The translations under genes and the position numbers were made by a program. Below, in pieces: positions 63,877-64,000 of a stretch of 64,000 bases of DNA. Location: positions 1,094,775 to 1,158,774 of the forward strand of contig BFEA01000024.1 in NCBI GenBank assembly GCA_003427395.1. Reading direction: 5' to 3'. Each line of letters begins with the position of its first letter. Within the stretch, counting starts at the first letter, position 1. This DNA is from Chara braunii. Its lineage: Eukaryota; Plantae; Charophyceae. A model generated the notes under the pieces. It ran no database searches and had not been told where the DNA came from. It saw only the letters and a list, made by a program, of their open reading frames with translations.

Positions 63877-63998
63877 TAGACTTTCGGGCCAGAGTCGACC
63901 CTTCAGTGGGTCTTAGTTGGCTCGGCTCCGCCCACGTTCGTGCTCAGGGCGTGGAGGCATTCGTCACAGAGTCACCCCCCTCAATGCTTTGAGATGGA
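63877..63998 (-). repeat. Dispersed repeat fragment, inverted homolog of 2592-2713, running to the window end
   Basis: Reverse complement reads tccatctcaaagcattgaggggggtgac..gtgggcggagccgagccaactaagaccc..gggtcgac..cgaaagtcta. Confidence 0.85.
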
Positions 63999-64000
63999 GG

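Overview
Eukaryotic, transposon-dominated window with no recognisable host gene. The retroelement style suggests a repeat-rich streptophyte alga such as Chara, but that is inference only. From left to right: (1) an ~80-92 bp tandem satellite; (2) a decayed + strand Ty3/Gypsy element whose gag-pol is preceded by three tandem paralogous ORFs of unknown function; (3) a ~30 kb block (~14.6-47.4 kb, three N-gaps) that looks like a giant DNA-transposon-derived system. It holds a Sola-like (DUF7869-type) DDD transposase with a C-terminal BAH/SH3-like barrel, flanked by inverted arrays of a ~720-800 bp unit. It also holds a very large decayed ORF with a ParB-like domain and a beta-class DNA-methyltransferase-like fold, followed by a Ulp1/C48 SUMO-protease domain. 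The block carries about 40 or more copies of a 22-bp semi-palindromic site, AAGTYCG-N8-CGRACTT, whose orientation flips across the transposase. Further right: (4) a decayed - strand chromovirus with most of gag missing and non-matching ends; (5) ATTG-rich repeats, a 351-bp MITE with an 8-bp TSD, and an untrimmed Nextera mate-pair junction adapter (assembly artefact). All domain calls come from motif recognition by eye; no searches were run.
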